Source: Candidatus Deferrimicrobiaceae bacterium (GTDB lineage Bacteria; Desulfobacterota; Deferrimicrobia; Deferrimicrobiales; Deferrimicrobiaceae). From it: DNA of 64,000 bases. Below are positions 30,303 to 39,305 of this stretch, one piece after another. The DNA is taken from NCBI GenBank assembly GCA_963792415.1, contig CAWBVY010000004.1, positions 320,001-384,000 of the forward strand, given 5' to 3'. Positions within the stretch are counted from its first letter, which is position 1. The number at the start of each line of letters is the position of its first letter. The notes under the pieces were generated by a model. It searched no databases. It was not told the origin of the DNA and saw only the letters and a program-made list of their open reading frames with translations. The position numbers and the translations under genes are program-made.

Positions 30303-32522
30303 ATGTCGGGATCCCGAAAGGAACGGCCGTTGAGGCCTTTCATATTGCTGTCGCTCCTCGCGGCGCTGGCGTTTGCCGCCGGCTGCTCGACCGCCAATAC
30401 CCCCGGCGGGGAGAGCCACATCGACGCGTCCGGCAATTCCGTCTCCGGGTGGGTCGTCGTCCCCACCGGCGGGTCGCATTCCACTGTCGCCACGCAGGAA
30501 TATCTCTCCGGCAGCGGGAGCTTCAGTTGCACGCAGTGCCACGGAGCGGACCTCTCGGGCGGAATTTCCGCGGCCTCCTGTTACGGCAACCCGGCGGGAT
30601 GCCACCACGGCCCGGTGGCCGGGTGGGTCGCCACCCCTCCCGCAGCCCAGAATCACGGGGTTACCGCGAAGAAAGCCCCCGGTAGCTCCGGGTTCGCCTC
30701 CTGCCAGATCTGCCACGGGAGTGGATTCTCGGGCGGCGGGTCCCAGGTTTCGTGCTTCACCTGTCACGGGGTGAGTGCTCCGCACGCGCCGAAGCCGTGG
30801 CGCGGCTCCCCCTACACGCACACGAACGTCGACAATGCGAATGTACCGGTCTGTGCGCAGTGCCATTTCCCGGGGTCCCCGAACAACCCGGCGGACCATC
30901 CGGCCACGCCTGCCCCGGCGGGAACGCCGCCGGGCTGCTACAACAACACCCTGTGCCACGGGGAGAACCCGGTCCCTCACCCGGTGGGCGCAACCTGGGT
31001 GGCGACGTCGCCCGCGGCCCAGCCGCACGGGAACGATGCGAAAGCGACCCCGGGCGGGACCACAGGGTTCTCCTACTGCCAGACCTGCCATGGGACGGGG
31101 ACGAACTTCTCGGGCGGCTCGTCGGGGGTCTCCTGCTACCCGTGCCATGTACCGACCGCGAGCTCGCCGCATGCGTCGAATTGGCGGACCGGCGACACCT
31201 ACGTCCACACGACCACGGCAGAGGGGAACGCCCCGGTGTGCGCCTTCTGTCACCTGAACGGGGCGAACTCCCCGATCGCGGCGCCGAGCCCGCCCGCCCC
31301 GGATAACACCGCTCCCGGATGCTTCAACAGCACGCTGTGTCACGGTGCGGGGGGGGTCCCTCACCCGGTGGGCGCAACCTGGGTGGCGACGTCGCCCGCG
31401 GCCCAGCCGCACGGGAACAGCGCAAAGGCGACCCCGGGCGCGACCGCCGGGTACGCCTACTGCCAGGTCTGCCACGGGACGGGGACGAACTTCTCGGGCG
31501 GCTCGTCGGGGGTCTCCTGCTACCCGTGCCACGGGGCGAGCGCGCCACATGCGTCGCAGTGGCGGACCGGCGACACCTACGTCCACACGACCACGGCGAC
31601 GGGGAACGCCCCGGTGTGCGCCTTCTGTCACCTGAACGGGGCGAACTCCCCGATCGCGGCGCCGAGCCCGCCCGCCCCTGCGGGGACGGCGCCCGGATGC
31701 TTCAACAGCACGCTGTGCCACGGATCGGGGGGCATCACGCATCTGGTCCCGTACAACGACGATTCCCACTACTCGGTGACGTCCACGACGTTCCCGGGGA
31801 GCTGCAGCGCCTGTCACGACGTTTCCACGCCGTCGGCGAAGGCCGGGCCCGTCTGCCAGACGTGCCATGTCGCGGCCTCGCCGCTCGCGGCCGCCAACTG
31901 CGCCTCCTGCCACTCCAGCCCGCCGGACGGCGGCGCTCCCGCGGGGGCGGCGTATGCGAACATCGCAGGGGCGCATGCCGCGCACATCGCCCTGACCAGC
32001 ACGGGAACCCCGATCTCCTGCGATACCTGCCACAACGGGCTGGGGAGCGGATCCCTGAACCATTACAACCGCGCCAAATCCCGGGTATCGCCCGGGGACG
32101 CGGCGTTTCTGACCACGTACAACGCGAAGACCGGAGCGTCGTCGTTCGACAACTCCGCCGCACTCAGCTGTTCGAACGTCAGCTGCCACGGGGGACAGGC
32201 CACCCCCAACTGGCAGACGGGCGCGCTCAACGTGAACACCCAGTGCACGAATTGCCACGCCTCCGGAACGACGCAGTACAACGGCTACAGTTCCGGAGAG
32301 CACTCGACGCATGTCGACGGGGAAGGTTTTCTTTGCACGGTATGCCACAACACCACCACGCTCGCGGTGAACCATTTCACCACGCTTGGCACCACGGCGA
32401 TGGAGGGACCGGCTTCCGCGACCATCGGAGGTACGGGAACGAATGTAACCAGCTACTCGGCCCCATCGTGCACCCCCTCCTTGCCCGCTAGCCAGGGTTG
32501 CCACGGGACCAGGTCCTGGTAG
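30303..32522 (+). CDS. Large multiheme c-type cytochrome lipoprotein (16 CxxCH plus 6 CXnCH)
   Basis: Lipobox AAGC; motifs counted in the translation; CSNVSCH..W..CTNCH Geobacter-type CxxxxCH/CxxCH unit; GGAGG RBS. Confidence 0.92.
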   Translation: MSGSRKERPLRPFILLSLLAALAFAAGCSTANTPGGESHIDASGNSVSGWVVVPTGGSHSTVATQEYLSGSGSFSCTQCHGADLSGGISAASCYGNPAGCHHGPVAGWVATPPAAQNHGVTAKKAPGSSGFASCQICHGSGFSGGGSQVSCFTCHGVSAPHAPKPWRGSPYTHTNVDNANVPVCAQCHFPGSPNNPADHPATPAPAGTPPGCYNNTLCHGENPVPHPVGATWVATSPAAQPHGNDAKATPGGTTGFSYCQTCHGTGTNFSGGSSGVSCYPCHVPTASSPHASNWRTGDTYVHTTTAEGNAPVCAFCHLNGANSPIAAPSPPAPDNTAPGCFNSTLCHGAGGVPHPVGATWVATSPAAQPHGNSAKATPGATAGYAYCQVCHGTGTNFSGGSSGVSCYPCHGASAPHASQWRTGDTYVHTTTATGNAPVCAFCHLNGANSPIAAPSPPAPAGTAPGCFNSTLCHGSGGITHLVPYNDDSHYSVTSTTFPGSCSACHDVSTPSAKAGPVCQTCHVAASPLAAANCASCHSSPPDGGAPAGAAYANIAGAHAAHIALTSTGTPISCDTCHNGLGSGSLNHYNRAKSRVSPGDAAFLTTYNAKTGASSFDNSAALSCSNVSCHGGQATPNWQTGALNVNTQCTNCHASGTTQYNGYSSGEHSTHVDGEGFLCTVCHNTTTLAVNHFTTLGTTAMEGPASATIGGTGTNVTSYSAPSCTPSLPASQGCHGTRSW
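30972..31724 (+). repeat. Intragenic tandem duplication, period ~384 bp (128 aa); a third, diverged copy lies at about 30610-30965
   Basis: GTCCCTCACCCGGTGGGCGCAACCTGGGTGGCGACGTCGCCCGCGGCCCAGCCGCACGGGAAC occurs at 30972 and 31356, and near-identity continues through the unit. Confidence 0.93.
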
Positions 32523-32562
32523 GAACGCCGGCTTCGCCGGCGCCGCGTTCCAAGGCGGGATC

Positions 32563-32602
32563 CACGGAAGCCCCGGTCGAAACGACCGGGGCTTCCGTGT
32601 TT
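32563..32602 (+). terminator. Perfect 17-bp hairpin after the cytochrome operon
   Basis: CACGGAAGCCCCGGTCG-AAA-CGACCGGGGCTTCCGTG followed by TTT. Confidence 0.8.
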
Positions 32603-32666
32603 CCGGAAAGGGGAGCCTCACGCATGAAGCCGGCGGAGATCTTCGGGATTGGTGTATAGTCCGGCG

Positions 32667-33614
32667 ATGCCTCGTCATGCTGGGGAAACGTCAACGCCTT
32701 CCCGCGGCCGCGTCTACGCGGGGCTCGTCCTCACCATGTTCTTCTGGGGGAGCGCTTTCCCCACCTCGAAGATGCTGGTCCTCGAGGTGCCGCCGGAGGT
32801 GGGGGCGGCCCTCCGGTTCGGCTTCGGCTCCCTGCTGATGATGGCGATCCTCTTCCGGCGGTCGGCGAAGCCGGTCCCCCCGCGGTCCGACTGGGGGCGT
32901 CTGGCCGTCGTCGCGCTGGTCGGCGTGACCGGGTTCAACACCCTCTTCTTCCGCGGATTGTCCCTGGCCCCCGCCTCCGACGCGGGGATGATCATCCCCA
33001 CGATGTCTCCCGTCTTCACCGCGATGGCCGGGATGCTCTTCCTCGGCGAAGGGGTCCGCGTCGGCCGGGTCGCGGGCCTCGCCGTTGCGCTCGCGGGGGC
33101 GGCTCTCTTCTTCGGGGATGTCCTCCTCCACACGGCGGGGCAGGGGGGCCGGGTGTGGGGGGACGCGGCGCTCGTCGGTGCCGCGATGTGCTGGGCGGCG
33201 ACCTCCATCCTGTCGCGCCCGCTGTCGGTGCGGATCGGCGCGATGCCCACGGCCGCGTGGACGATCTTCCTCGGGAGCCTCGTCCTGCTGCTGGTCTCCT
33301 CCCCGAAGCTTGCCGCCGTGCCGTGGGGGGAACTCACGGGGCGCTTCTGGATCGTCCTGGCGTACGTGGTGATCTTCCCCACGGTGATCGCGTACATCCT
33401 GTGGATGGAGGGGATCCGGTCGATCGGGTCGGGGCCGACGACGTCGTTCATGTTCCTCGCGCCCATCTTCGCCCTGCTGATCGCCGCCGCGCTGCTCGGC
33501 GAGCGTCCCACGGCGCTGCAGGGGGCGGGCGGCGCGCTGATGCTCCTCGGCGTGTGGCTGGTGAATCGGCCCGGGGAAGGGAAGGCTAGGCGAGGATCGT
33601 CCGCAAGCCCCTGA
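32667..33614 (+). CDS. DMT/EamA family transporter
   Basis: FWGSAF, ALRF, about 10 TM helices, two EamA repeats ending FLGE and LLGE. Confidence 0.88.
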   Translation: MPRHAGETSTPSRGRVYAGLVLTMFFWGSAFPTSKMLVLEVPPEVGAALRFGFGSLLMMAILFRRSAKPVPPRSDWGRLAVVALVGVTGFNTLFFRGLSLAPASDAGMIIPTMSPVFTAMAGMLFLGEGVRVGRVAGLAVALAGAALFFGDVLLHTAGQGGRVWGDAALVGAAMCWAATSILSRPLSVRIGAMPTAAWTIFLGSLVLLLVSSPKLAAVPWGELTGRFWIVLAYVVIFPTVIAYILWMEGIRSIGSGPTTSFMFLAPIFALLIAAALLGERPTALQGAGGALMLLGVWLVNRPGEGKARRGSSASP

Positions 33615-34758
33615 CCAGCCGCTCGATTCCTTCGACGGCGGTCTTCTCCCGCAAGCTCCCGTAGGCGATCCGGAGCCAGCACCCCCGCGTCACGCCGAAC
33701 GTCTCCCCGGGGATGACGGCGACCCGGTGTTCCCGCACGAGCCGCTCCGACAGGGAGATCGCGCTCATCGCGGCGTGCACCTTCGCGAAGAAGTAGAAGG
33801 CGCCCGTCGCGGGAGGGACCTCCAGCAGGTCCGGAACGGAGGAGAGGCGCGCGAGGACCTCTTTCCGCACTCTCGCGAGGGAAGGGAGGTGCGCCTCGCA
33901 GTATCCGCGCCCTTCGCGCATCGCGCGCAGGCCGACGAACTGGGAGATCGCCGACCCGCAGACGACGACCGTGTCCTGGATCTTCATGAGGTCCCGGTGC
34001 AGGTGCTCCGGCGCCACGAGGAACCCGACCCGCCAGCTCGCCATCCCGTACGCCTTGGAGAGACTGTAGAGGGAGATCACGTGGTCGCCGCCGAGGGATC
34101 CGGGGGAGAAGTGCCGGGCGTCGTCGTACGTGAAATATTCGTACGCCTCGTCGCTGACGTGGTAGATCCCGCGCTCGGCGCAGAGCCGGTGGATCGCCGC
34201 CAGCGTCTCCCGGGGGTAGACCGCCCCGGTCGGGTTGTTCGGCGACACGGTGACGATCGCGCGCGTCCTCTCCGTGATCGCCGCGGCGATCGCGGGAAGG
34301 TCCGGCTGGAGCCGTTCGTCGACGGGGACCGGCACGGGAACCGCGGAGGCGAGGGTGACCGCCATCTCGTGGTTGAAGTAGTACGGGGAGAGGAGGATCA
34401 CCTCGTCCCCCGGGTCGCAGATCGCGAGGACCGCGTTGAGGAACGCCTGGTTCGCGCCGGCCGTCACGTAGATCCCGCGCTCGAAGGGGGCGTCGATCCC
34501 GTTCTCGGCGCGCAGCTTCCCTTCGAAGGCGCTCCGAAGCCCGGGGAGACCGGCGTCGGGGATGTACTGGTGGTGGGGAACGGTCGCGAGGAACTCGGGG
34601 ATCGCCGCGAGCGCGGCCGCCGGCGGCCCGTAGTGGACCACCCCCTGTCCCAGGGAGATCGTTCCCGGCGTCTCCGCGATCCACCCCGCCACGATCGGGA
34701 TGATGGGAAGCTGGACTCCCGCCGCGCGGATCGAGGGGACGATGCGGTCCGGCGTCAT
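33586..34758 (-). CDS. PLP-dependent aminotransferase class I/II
   Basis: ISLGQG, SPNNPTG, SDEAY and SLSKAYGMASWRVG motifs. Confidence 0.9.
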   Translation of the reverse strand: MTPDRIVPSIRAAGVQLPIIPIVAGWIAETPGTISLGQGVVHYGPPAAALAAIPEFLATVPHHQYIPDAGLPGLRSAFEGKLRAENGIDAPFERGIYVTAGANQAFLNAVLAICDPGDEVILLSPYYFNHEMAVTLASAVPVPVPVDERLQPDLPAIAAAITERTRAIVTVSPNNPTGAVYPRETLAAIHRLCAERGIYHVSDEAYEYFTYDDARHFSPGSLGGDHVISLYSLSKAYGMASWRVGFLVAPEHLHRDLMKIQDTVVVCGSAISQFVGLRAMREGRGYCEAHLPSLARVRKEVLARLSSVPDLLEVPPATGAFYFFAKVHAAMSAISLSERLVREHRVAVIPGETFGVTRGCWLRIAYGSLREKTAVEGIERLVRGLRTILA

Positions 34759-35999
34759 CCTGCGTCGGGCGTCCCGGCGGCGGGGCTCTCGCACCCGGCA
34801 CCGGGATCCGGGGTCCGGTCGATGCACGGGAAGTAGATCCGGAACGCCGTCCCGTCCCCGGGGCGGCTGTCGACGGAGATGTACCCGCCGCTCTGCTTGA
34901 CGAAACCGTAGACCGCGGGGAGTTCCATCCCGTCGTCGCCCGGCTTGAGCGAGAAGAACGGTTCGAAGATCCGGTCGCGGGCCTCCGCGTCCATGCCGCA
35001 GCCGGTGTCCCGGACGGTGAGAAGCGCGTACCGGCCGCGGGCGGGCTCGATCCCCTCGATCGGCTCGACCTCTTCGACCGCGGTCGTGATCACACGGAGC
35101 TCCCCCCCGCCGGGCATCGCGTCGCGGGCATTGGCGACGAGGTCGGTCAGCGCTCGACGCAGATGATCGGGGTCGACCCGGATCGTTCCCACGTCGTCGC
35201 CCGGGGAGAAGGTGAATCGGACGGAGCGGCCCGCGAGGTCGCGCACCGTCGTCGAGAGGCTGGAAAGGAAGAGGTTCACGTCCACCTCCCGGGGGCGAAG
35301 GACCTGAAGCCGGCTGAAGGCGAGCATTTGCCGGGTCAGCTCCGCCGCGCGCTCCCCCGCGCCGCGGATCTTCACGATCTCCTCGTGGAGGGGATCGCCC
35401 CCCGGCACCCGGGTCAGGAGGTGTTCGCTGTACCCCATCACCACGGTCATCAGGTTGTTCAGGCGGTGCGCCAGTCCCCCCGCCATGCGGCCGATCGCCT
35501 CGAACTTCTGCACCTGCCGCAGGCGCTCCGCGTTTCTCCGGATCGTCTCCTCGGCCTGCTTCCTCGCGGTGATGTCCCGGTCGACCCCCCGGTACCCCCG
35601 GAACCTCCCGTTCGCGTCGAAGAACGGGTGGCCGCTCGTCTCGAGCACGACCAGGTGGCCGTCCCTGTGCAGGTTGGCGTTCTCGATCGCCGGGAACGGC
35701 TCCTGTCTGGCGGCGAGCGGGCCGAAGATCTCCTTCACCCGGAGGGCCTCATCGGGTGGCATCAGGTCGAAGGGGGTCTTCCCGAGGATTTCCCCCGGCT
35801 CGTACCCGAGGAGATCCCGGATCTTCGTGCCGACGAACGTGTAGACGGTGTTCTCGTCCACCTCCCAGACCCAGTCGGAGACGGTCTCCACGAGGGCACG
35901 GTACCTCTCCTCGCTCTCCCGCAGTGCGGCGTTCGCTTCCGCAAGGTCCCTCGGGGGGACGCCCTCCCGGTTCCCACGGTCATCCATGTCGGTGGTCAC
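34755..35999 (-). CDS. PAS-domain sensor histidine kinase (degenerate boxes)
   Basis: PAS/PAC (DWVWE..GYRGVDRDIT), H-box AHRLNN, NARDAM, DTGCGM, IFEPFF; GTGA overlap with the upstream gene. Confidence 0.85.
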   Translation of the reverse strand: MTTDMDDRGNREGVPPRDLAEANAALRESEERYRALVETVSDWVWEVDENTVYTFVGTKIRDLLGYEPGEILGKTPFDLMPPDEALRVKEIFGPLAARQEPFPAIENANLHRDGHLVVLETSGHPFFDANGRFRGYRGVDRDITARKQAEETIRRNAERLRQVQKFEAIGRMAGGLAHRLNNLMTVVMGYSEHLLTRVPGGDPLHEEIVKIRGAGERAAELTRQMLAFSRLQVLRPREVDVNLFLSSLSTTVRDLAGRSVRFTFSPGDDVGTIRVDPDHLRRALTDLVANARDAMPGGGELRVITTAVEEVEPIEGIEPARGRYALLTVRDTGCGMDAEARDRIFEPFFSLKPGDDGMELPAVYGFVKQSGGYISVDSRPGDGTAFRIYFPCIDRTPDPGAGCESPAAGTPDAG

Positions 36000-37147
36000 G
36001 GAGACCCCTTCTCTTGATCGGAGCGGACGATGTCCACGACCGTGACCTCCGGAGGGGCGAGGAACCGCATCGGGGGCCCCCACGTTCCCGTCCCCCGGCT
36101 CACGTGCAGGGTCCCGCCTCCCGGGACGGGGTGGTCCCCCGCAAGGAGGGGGAAGACCAGCCGGGTGAGGAGGCGGAACGGAAAGATCTGTCCGTGGTGG
36201 GTATGTCCCGAGAGCTGAAGGTCGAATTTCCCTCCCGGGTCCAGTTGGGGGCGGTGCTTGAGGAGGAGCGTGAACCGTTCACCCGGTGGATTCCCCAGGA
36301 TGGCGGCTTCGGACGGGCCGCCCGTTCGCCCGAACCGTGCCCCGGCGGGATCGTCGACTCCCGCGATGCGGACCGCGTCGTCGATCGTCACGGATTCGTT
36401 CCGAAGGAGCGTGAACCCCGCCTTCCGGGTGAATGCGATCGCACGGTCGATCCCCGCGTAATATTCGTGGTTCCCGAGGACCGCGAATTTCCCTCGCGGC
36501 GCCGGGATCCCGCGCAGGATCTCCGCCAACCCCGCGATGCCGTCCAGCTGCCCGTCCACGAGGTCCCCCGTCGACACGAAGATGTCCGGGTGTTCGCGGG
36601 CGACGATCGTCGCGACCTCCCTGGCCTTGCCGTTCCGGTGGATGAGGCCGAGGTGGAGGTCGGTGATCTGCGCGATCCGAACGGAGGGGACGGACGCCGG
36701 GAGCCGGTCCGTGACGATGCGCACCCGGACGACTTCGATGCGGGACGCCTCGACGATGGCGTACGCCGAAAGCGCGACGGCGAGCATGGCGATGCAGAGA
36801 AACGCGGGGAGACCCGCAAGCCCCCTCGCGGCGTTCGCGGCGATCCCGTCGGGTCCCATGGCCCTCAGGGGCAGGCGGAGGAGGTCGACGGAGAGGTTCA
36901 GGCAGACGAAGAAGAAGAGAAATCCCATCCAGAGGTAGCCGACGTGCGAGACGAACCGCGCCCCGTCCTCGTAGCCGTGGCGACTCAGGTGGTGCGTTAC
37001 GATCGGCGCGCACAGGAGGACCGTGAAGAGGAGGAGAAGCGCGAGCGTCGTCCCGGGACCGGGTGCCAGCACCGATCTCGCCTTGAGAAGGGCGTAGGCG
37101 TGCATGGAACCGTAGACCAGGAAGAACGAAAGGAGGAACAGGCTCAT
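35996..37147 (-). CDS. Membrane-anchored metallophosphoesterase (YkuE/YaeI-like)
   Basis: TDLHLG, TGDLVD, GNHE and LSGHTHHGQ motifs; N-terminal TM helices. Confidence 0.9.
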   Translation of the reverse strand: MSLFLLSFFLVYGSMHAYALLKARSVLAPGPGTTLALLLLFTVLLCAPIVTHHLSRHGYEDGARFVSHVGYLWMGFLFFFVCLNLSVDLLRLPLRAMGPDGIAANAARGLAGLPAFLCIAMLAVALSAYAIVEASRIEVVRVRIVTDRLPASVPSVRIAQITDLHLGLIHRNGKAREVATIVAREHPDIFVSTGDLVDGQLDGIAGLAEILRGIPAPRGKFAVLGNHEYYAGIDRAIAFTRKAGFTLLRNESVTIDDAVRIAGVDDPAGARFGRTGGPSEAAILGNPPGERFTLLLKHRPQLDPGGKFDLQLSGHTHHGQIFPFRLLTRLVFPLLAGDHPVPGGGTLHVSRGTGTWGPPMRFLAPPEVTVVDIVRSDQEKGSP

Positions 37148-37200
37148 GTCGAATGTGCGATAATCACCCGGTACGAGGACCGGTCCCGACGGAGGAGAGC

Positions 37201-37470
37201 TTGCCCACCTACGAGTACAAATGCCCCGAATGCGGGGAGTTCGAGAAGGAGCAGCGGATGTCCGCCCCGCCGCTCAAGAAGTGCCCCCATTGCGGCAAGG
37301 CGGTCACCCGGCTGGTCGGCGGCGGCGGCGGATTCGTGCTGAAGGGCTCCAACTGGGTCTCCAAGATGTCCTCTCCGGGGGAATCCATGAAAAAGAAATC
37401 CGACCGGTTCATGAAGCAGACCGTGGGAGAGGTCGCCGAAGACATCGCGAAGCACTCGCGTTCGCATTAG
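37201..37470 (+). CDS. FmdB-family zinc-ribbon regulatory protein
   Basis: MPTYEYKCPECG..CPHCG..FVLKGSNW; TTG start after GGAGGAG. Confidence 0.87.
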   Translation: MPTYEYKCPECGEFEKEQRMSAPPLKKCPHCGKAVTRLVGGGGGFVLKGSNWVSKMSSPGESMKKKSDRFMKQTVGEVAEDIAKHSRSH

Positions 37471-38198
37471 ACGGGCACGGTGAGCAGGACGGAGCGGGGG
37501 ACGCCCCGCGAAAGTTCGACCAGCTCCCCGTCCGCGAGGAGACGCCACCCGGGATCCGCGTCCAGCGGCTCGCTCGCGACGACCGCGAGCCCGTCCCCGG
37601 AGTTCAGGTACAACGTGTAATATTCCCCGTTCCTTTGGTACCGCCGGAACGCGAAGAGTTCTTTGCCGGCTGCGATCAGGAGGTTCGCCGCGGAATATTC
37701 CCCCACCAGTTCGCGGGAGGAGAGAATCCTCCGAAGGGTTTCCGATAATCCCTCCAGCGTCCGTTCCATCCACCGGTTCTCGAGGAGTTCCAGGAATACC
37801 ACGGTGTCGCTGACCTTTCGTGCGTCTCCCTCCGCGCCGATCTTCCCGTAAAAGGTGCCATTGTGCGCGAGGGTCACGCCCAGCGCCTGGAACGGGTGCG
37901 AGTTTGCCGCGAAAACGGTTTCCGGATTCGAAGCGTACCGGACGTGGCCGATGAACCGGTCGGTCACGGCGTTCATCTCGGACAGGAGCGGGTCGGACGC
38001 GGCGGGATTCCCGCTTTTCACCATCCGGATCTCGTCCCCCGCGCGCCAGGCGACCCCCCACCCGTCCGGATGGTTCCCTCCCGGGCGCTTCTCCCAGCCC
38101 GCGACGAGGTTCCCCGATTCGCAGAACCGCGCAAGGGAGGCGAGGTACGGGGAGACGTCCCGCGGTTCGCTCGACGAAAACGCGATCATCCGGCACAT
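37467..38198 (-). CDS. Class II glutamine amidotransferase (YafJ/EgtC-like)
   Basis: N-terminal MCR nucleophile; HPDGWG, HVRYAS, NSHPF and HNG motifs. Confidence 0.88.
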   Translation of the reverse strand: MCRMIAFSSSEPRDVSPYLASLARFCESGNLVAGWEKRPGGNHPDGWGVAWRAGDEIRMVKSGNPAASDPLLSEMNAVTDRFIGHVRYASNPETVFAANSHPFQALGVTLAHNGTFYGKIGAEGDARKVSDTVVFLELLENRWMERTLEGLSETLRRILSSRELVGEYSAANLLIAAGKELFAFRRYQRNGEYYTLYLNSGDGLAVVASEPLDADPGWRLLADGELVELSRGVPRSVLLTVPV

Positions 38199-38283
38199 GC
38201 CTACATGATAACCGCTTCCGACACCCGCGGGGAGCCCCTGCGGAGAATCGGTCTCACGGCGGGTGTCCGGGTGAGGTGTTCGC

Positions 38284-38784
38284 CTACTTCAGCGTGCGCA
38301 GGTACGCGACGACGAGCCAGCGCTCCTTCGCGGTGAGGTCGGAGCGGAACGGGGGCATGCCGTTCCATCCGTGCGTCACGATGGCGAACAGCAGCCCTTC
38401 GGGGGCCTGCCCGAATCCCGTTGCCGAGATGTCCACGGGGGTCGGGACGAACTTCTTCGCCACGGGCCCGTCGCCCTTGCCCGAGGCGCCGTGGCACGGT
38501 GCGCAGTAGATGCCGAACAGCTCTTTCCCGGTGAGGAGGGAGAAGTCGGTCGCCTTCTCCGGATTCCTGAGGGCCGCGGCCTCCGGGGTCCCCGGCATCG
38601 GGGTGTGCTCCAACCCCTTCGTCGGGACGGAGCCCGCAGGGGGAAGGCGCACCGGCTCCTCCTGGGGGCGGAACGCCGGGTTGTCGTACATGTTCCGGTC
38701 GAGCTTCTCGCAGCCGGCGAGGAGCGCCATGCCGAGGAGGGCGGCGACGAAAACGGCGAGCCGGGCGGGGGGGATTCTCCTCAC
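38284..38784 (-). CDS. Monoheme cytochrome c lipoprotein (ActE-like)
   Basis: Lipobox LAGC; MYDNP..PQE; CAPCH; distal MPPF; GTGA overlap. Confidence 0.85.
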   Translation of the reverse strand: MRRIPPARLAVFVAALLGMALLAGCEKLDRNMYDNPAFRPQEEPVRLPPAGSVPTKGLEHTPMPGTPEAAALRNPEKATDFSLLTGKELFGIYCAPCHGASGKGDGPVAKKFVPTPVDISATGFGQAPEGLLFAIVTHGWNGMPPFRSDLTAKERWLVVAYLRTLK

Positions 38785-39305
38785 AGTTCCCCCTCCTCGG
38801 GCCGCACGTCGATCCCGCCGGCGGATTTCATCGCATCCATCGCCCGTCCCGCCTGCTCGTCGCCGGAGACCCGCGCGCACAGCAGGATCTTCCCCTCCTG
38901 GATCCGCGGGTCGTGGATCAGCCGGGTGCGGAACCGGCAAAGCCCCATCTCCCGGAACCCCGCGATGACCGTTCCCGCCAGCGCGCCGAGCATCGCAACC
39001 TCGTAGGTGATGATCAGGGTCGGGGGAACGGAGATGATCGCCTTCCCGCCCGTGATCAGCGGGTAGAGCAGGTAGGTTCCCAGCGCGAGGGAAAGCCCCG
39101 CGAGCGCGCCGACGAACCAGCCGACGAGCGTGACCCTGGGGAACCCGATCCCGCGCGGGTCCCTGCAGACGGCGCCGTCCGGGAGCGGCATGGGGGAGAG
39201 GGTCGTGACGTCCCCCTCCGGAAGGGGGAGGGCGCGCAAGGCGCGCGCCGCCGCCGCCGCCGGAGCGACCGCGTCGAACAGCCCGACGACCACGATGCCG
39301 TTCAT
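38781..39305 (-). CDS. ActD-like (DUF3341) subunit of alternative complex III
   Basis: VVGLFD, LSPMPL, YPLITGGK and ITYEVAML motifs; 2 TM helices. Confidence 0.85.
   Translation of the reverse strand: MNGIVVVGLFDAVAPAAAAARALRALPLPEGDVTTLSPMPLPDGAVCRDPRGIGFPRVTLVGWFVGALAGLSLALGTYLLYPLITGGKAIISVPPTLIITYEVAMLGALAGTVIAGFREMGLCRFRTRLIHDPRIQEGKILLCARVSGDEQAGRAMDAMKSAGGIDVRPEEGEL

Noticed and set aside
30972-31724. CRISPR array or mobile-element repeat
   Set aside because: The repeat is an in-frame coding duplication of 384 bp with no spacers and no cas or transposase genes.
29724-32678. Long antisense or alternative-frame ORFs (984 aa here; also 41303..44629, 48889..51024, 20234..22345)
   Set aside because: These are Arg/Pro/Gly-rich shadows of real genes, expected at high GC, with no motifs.
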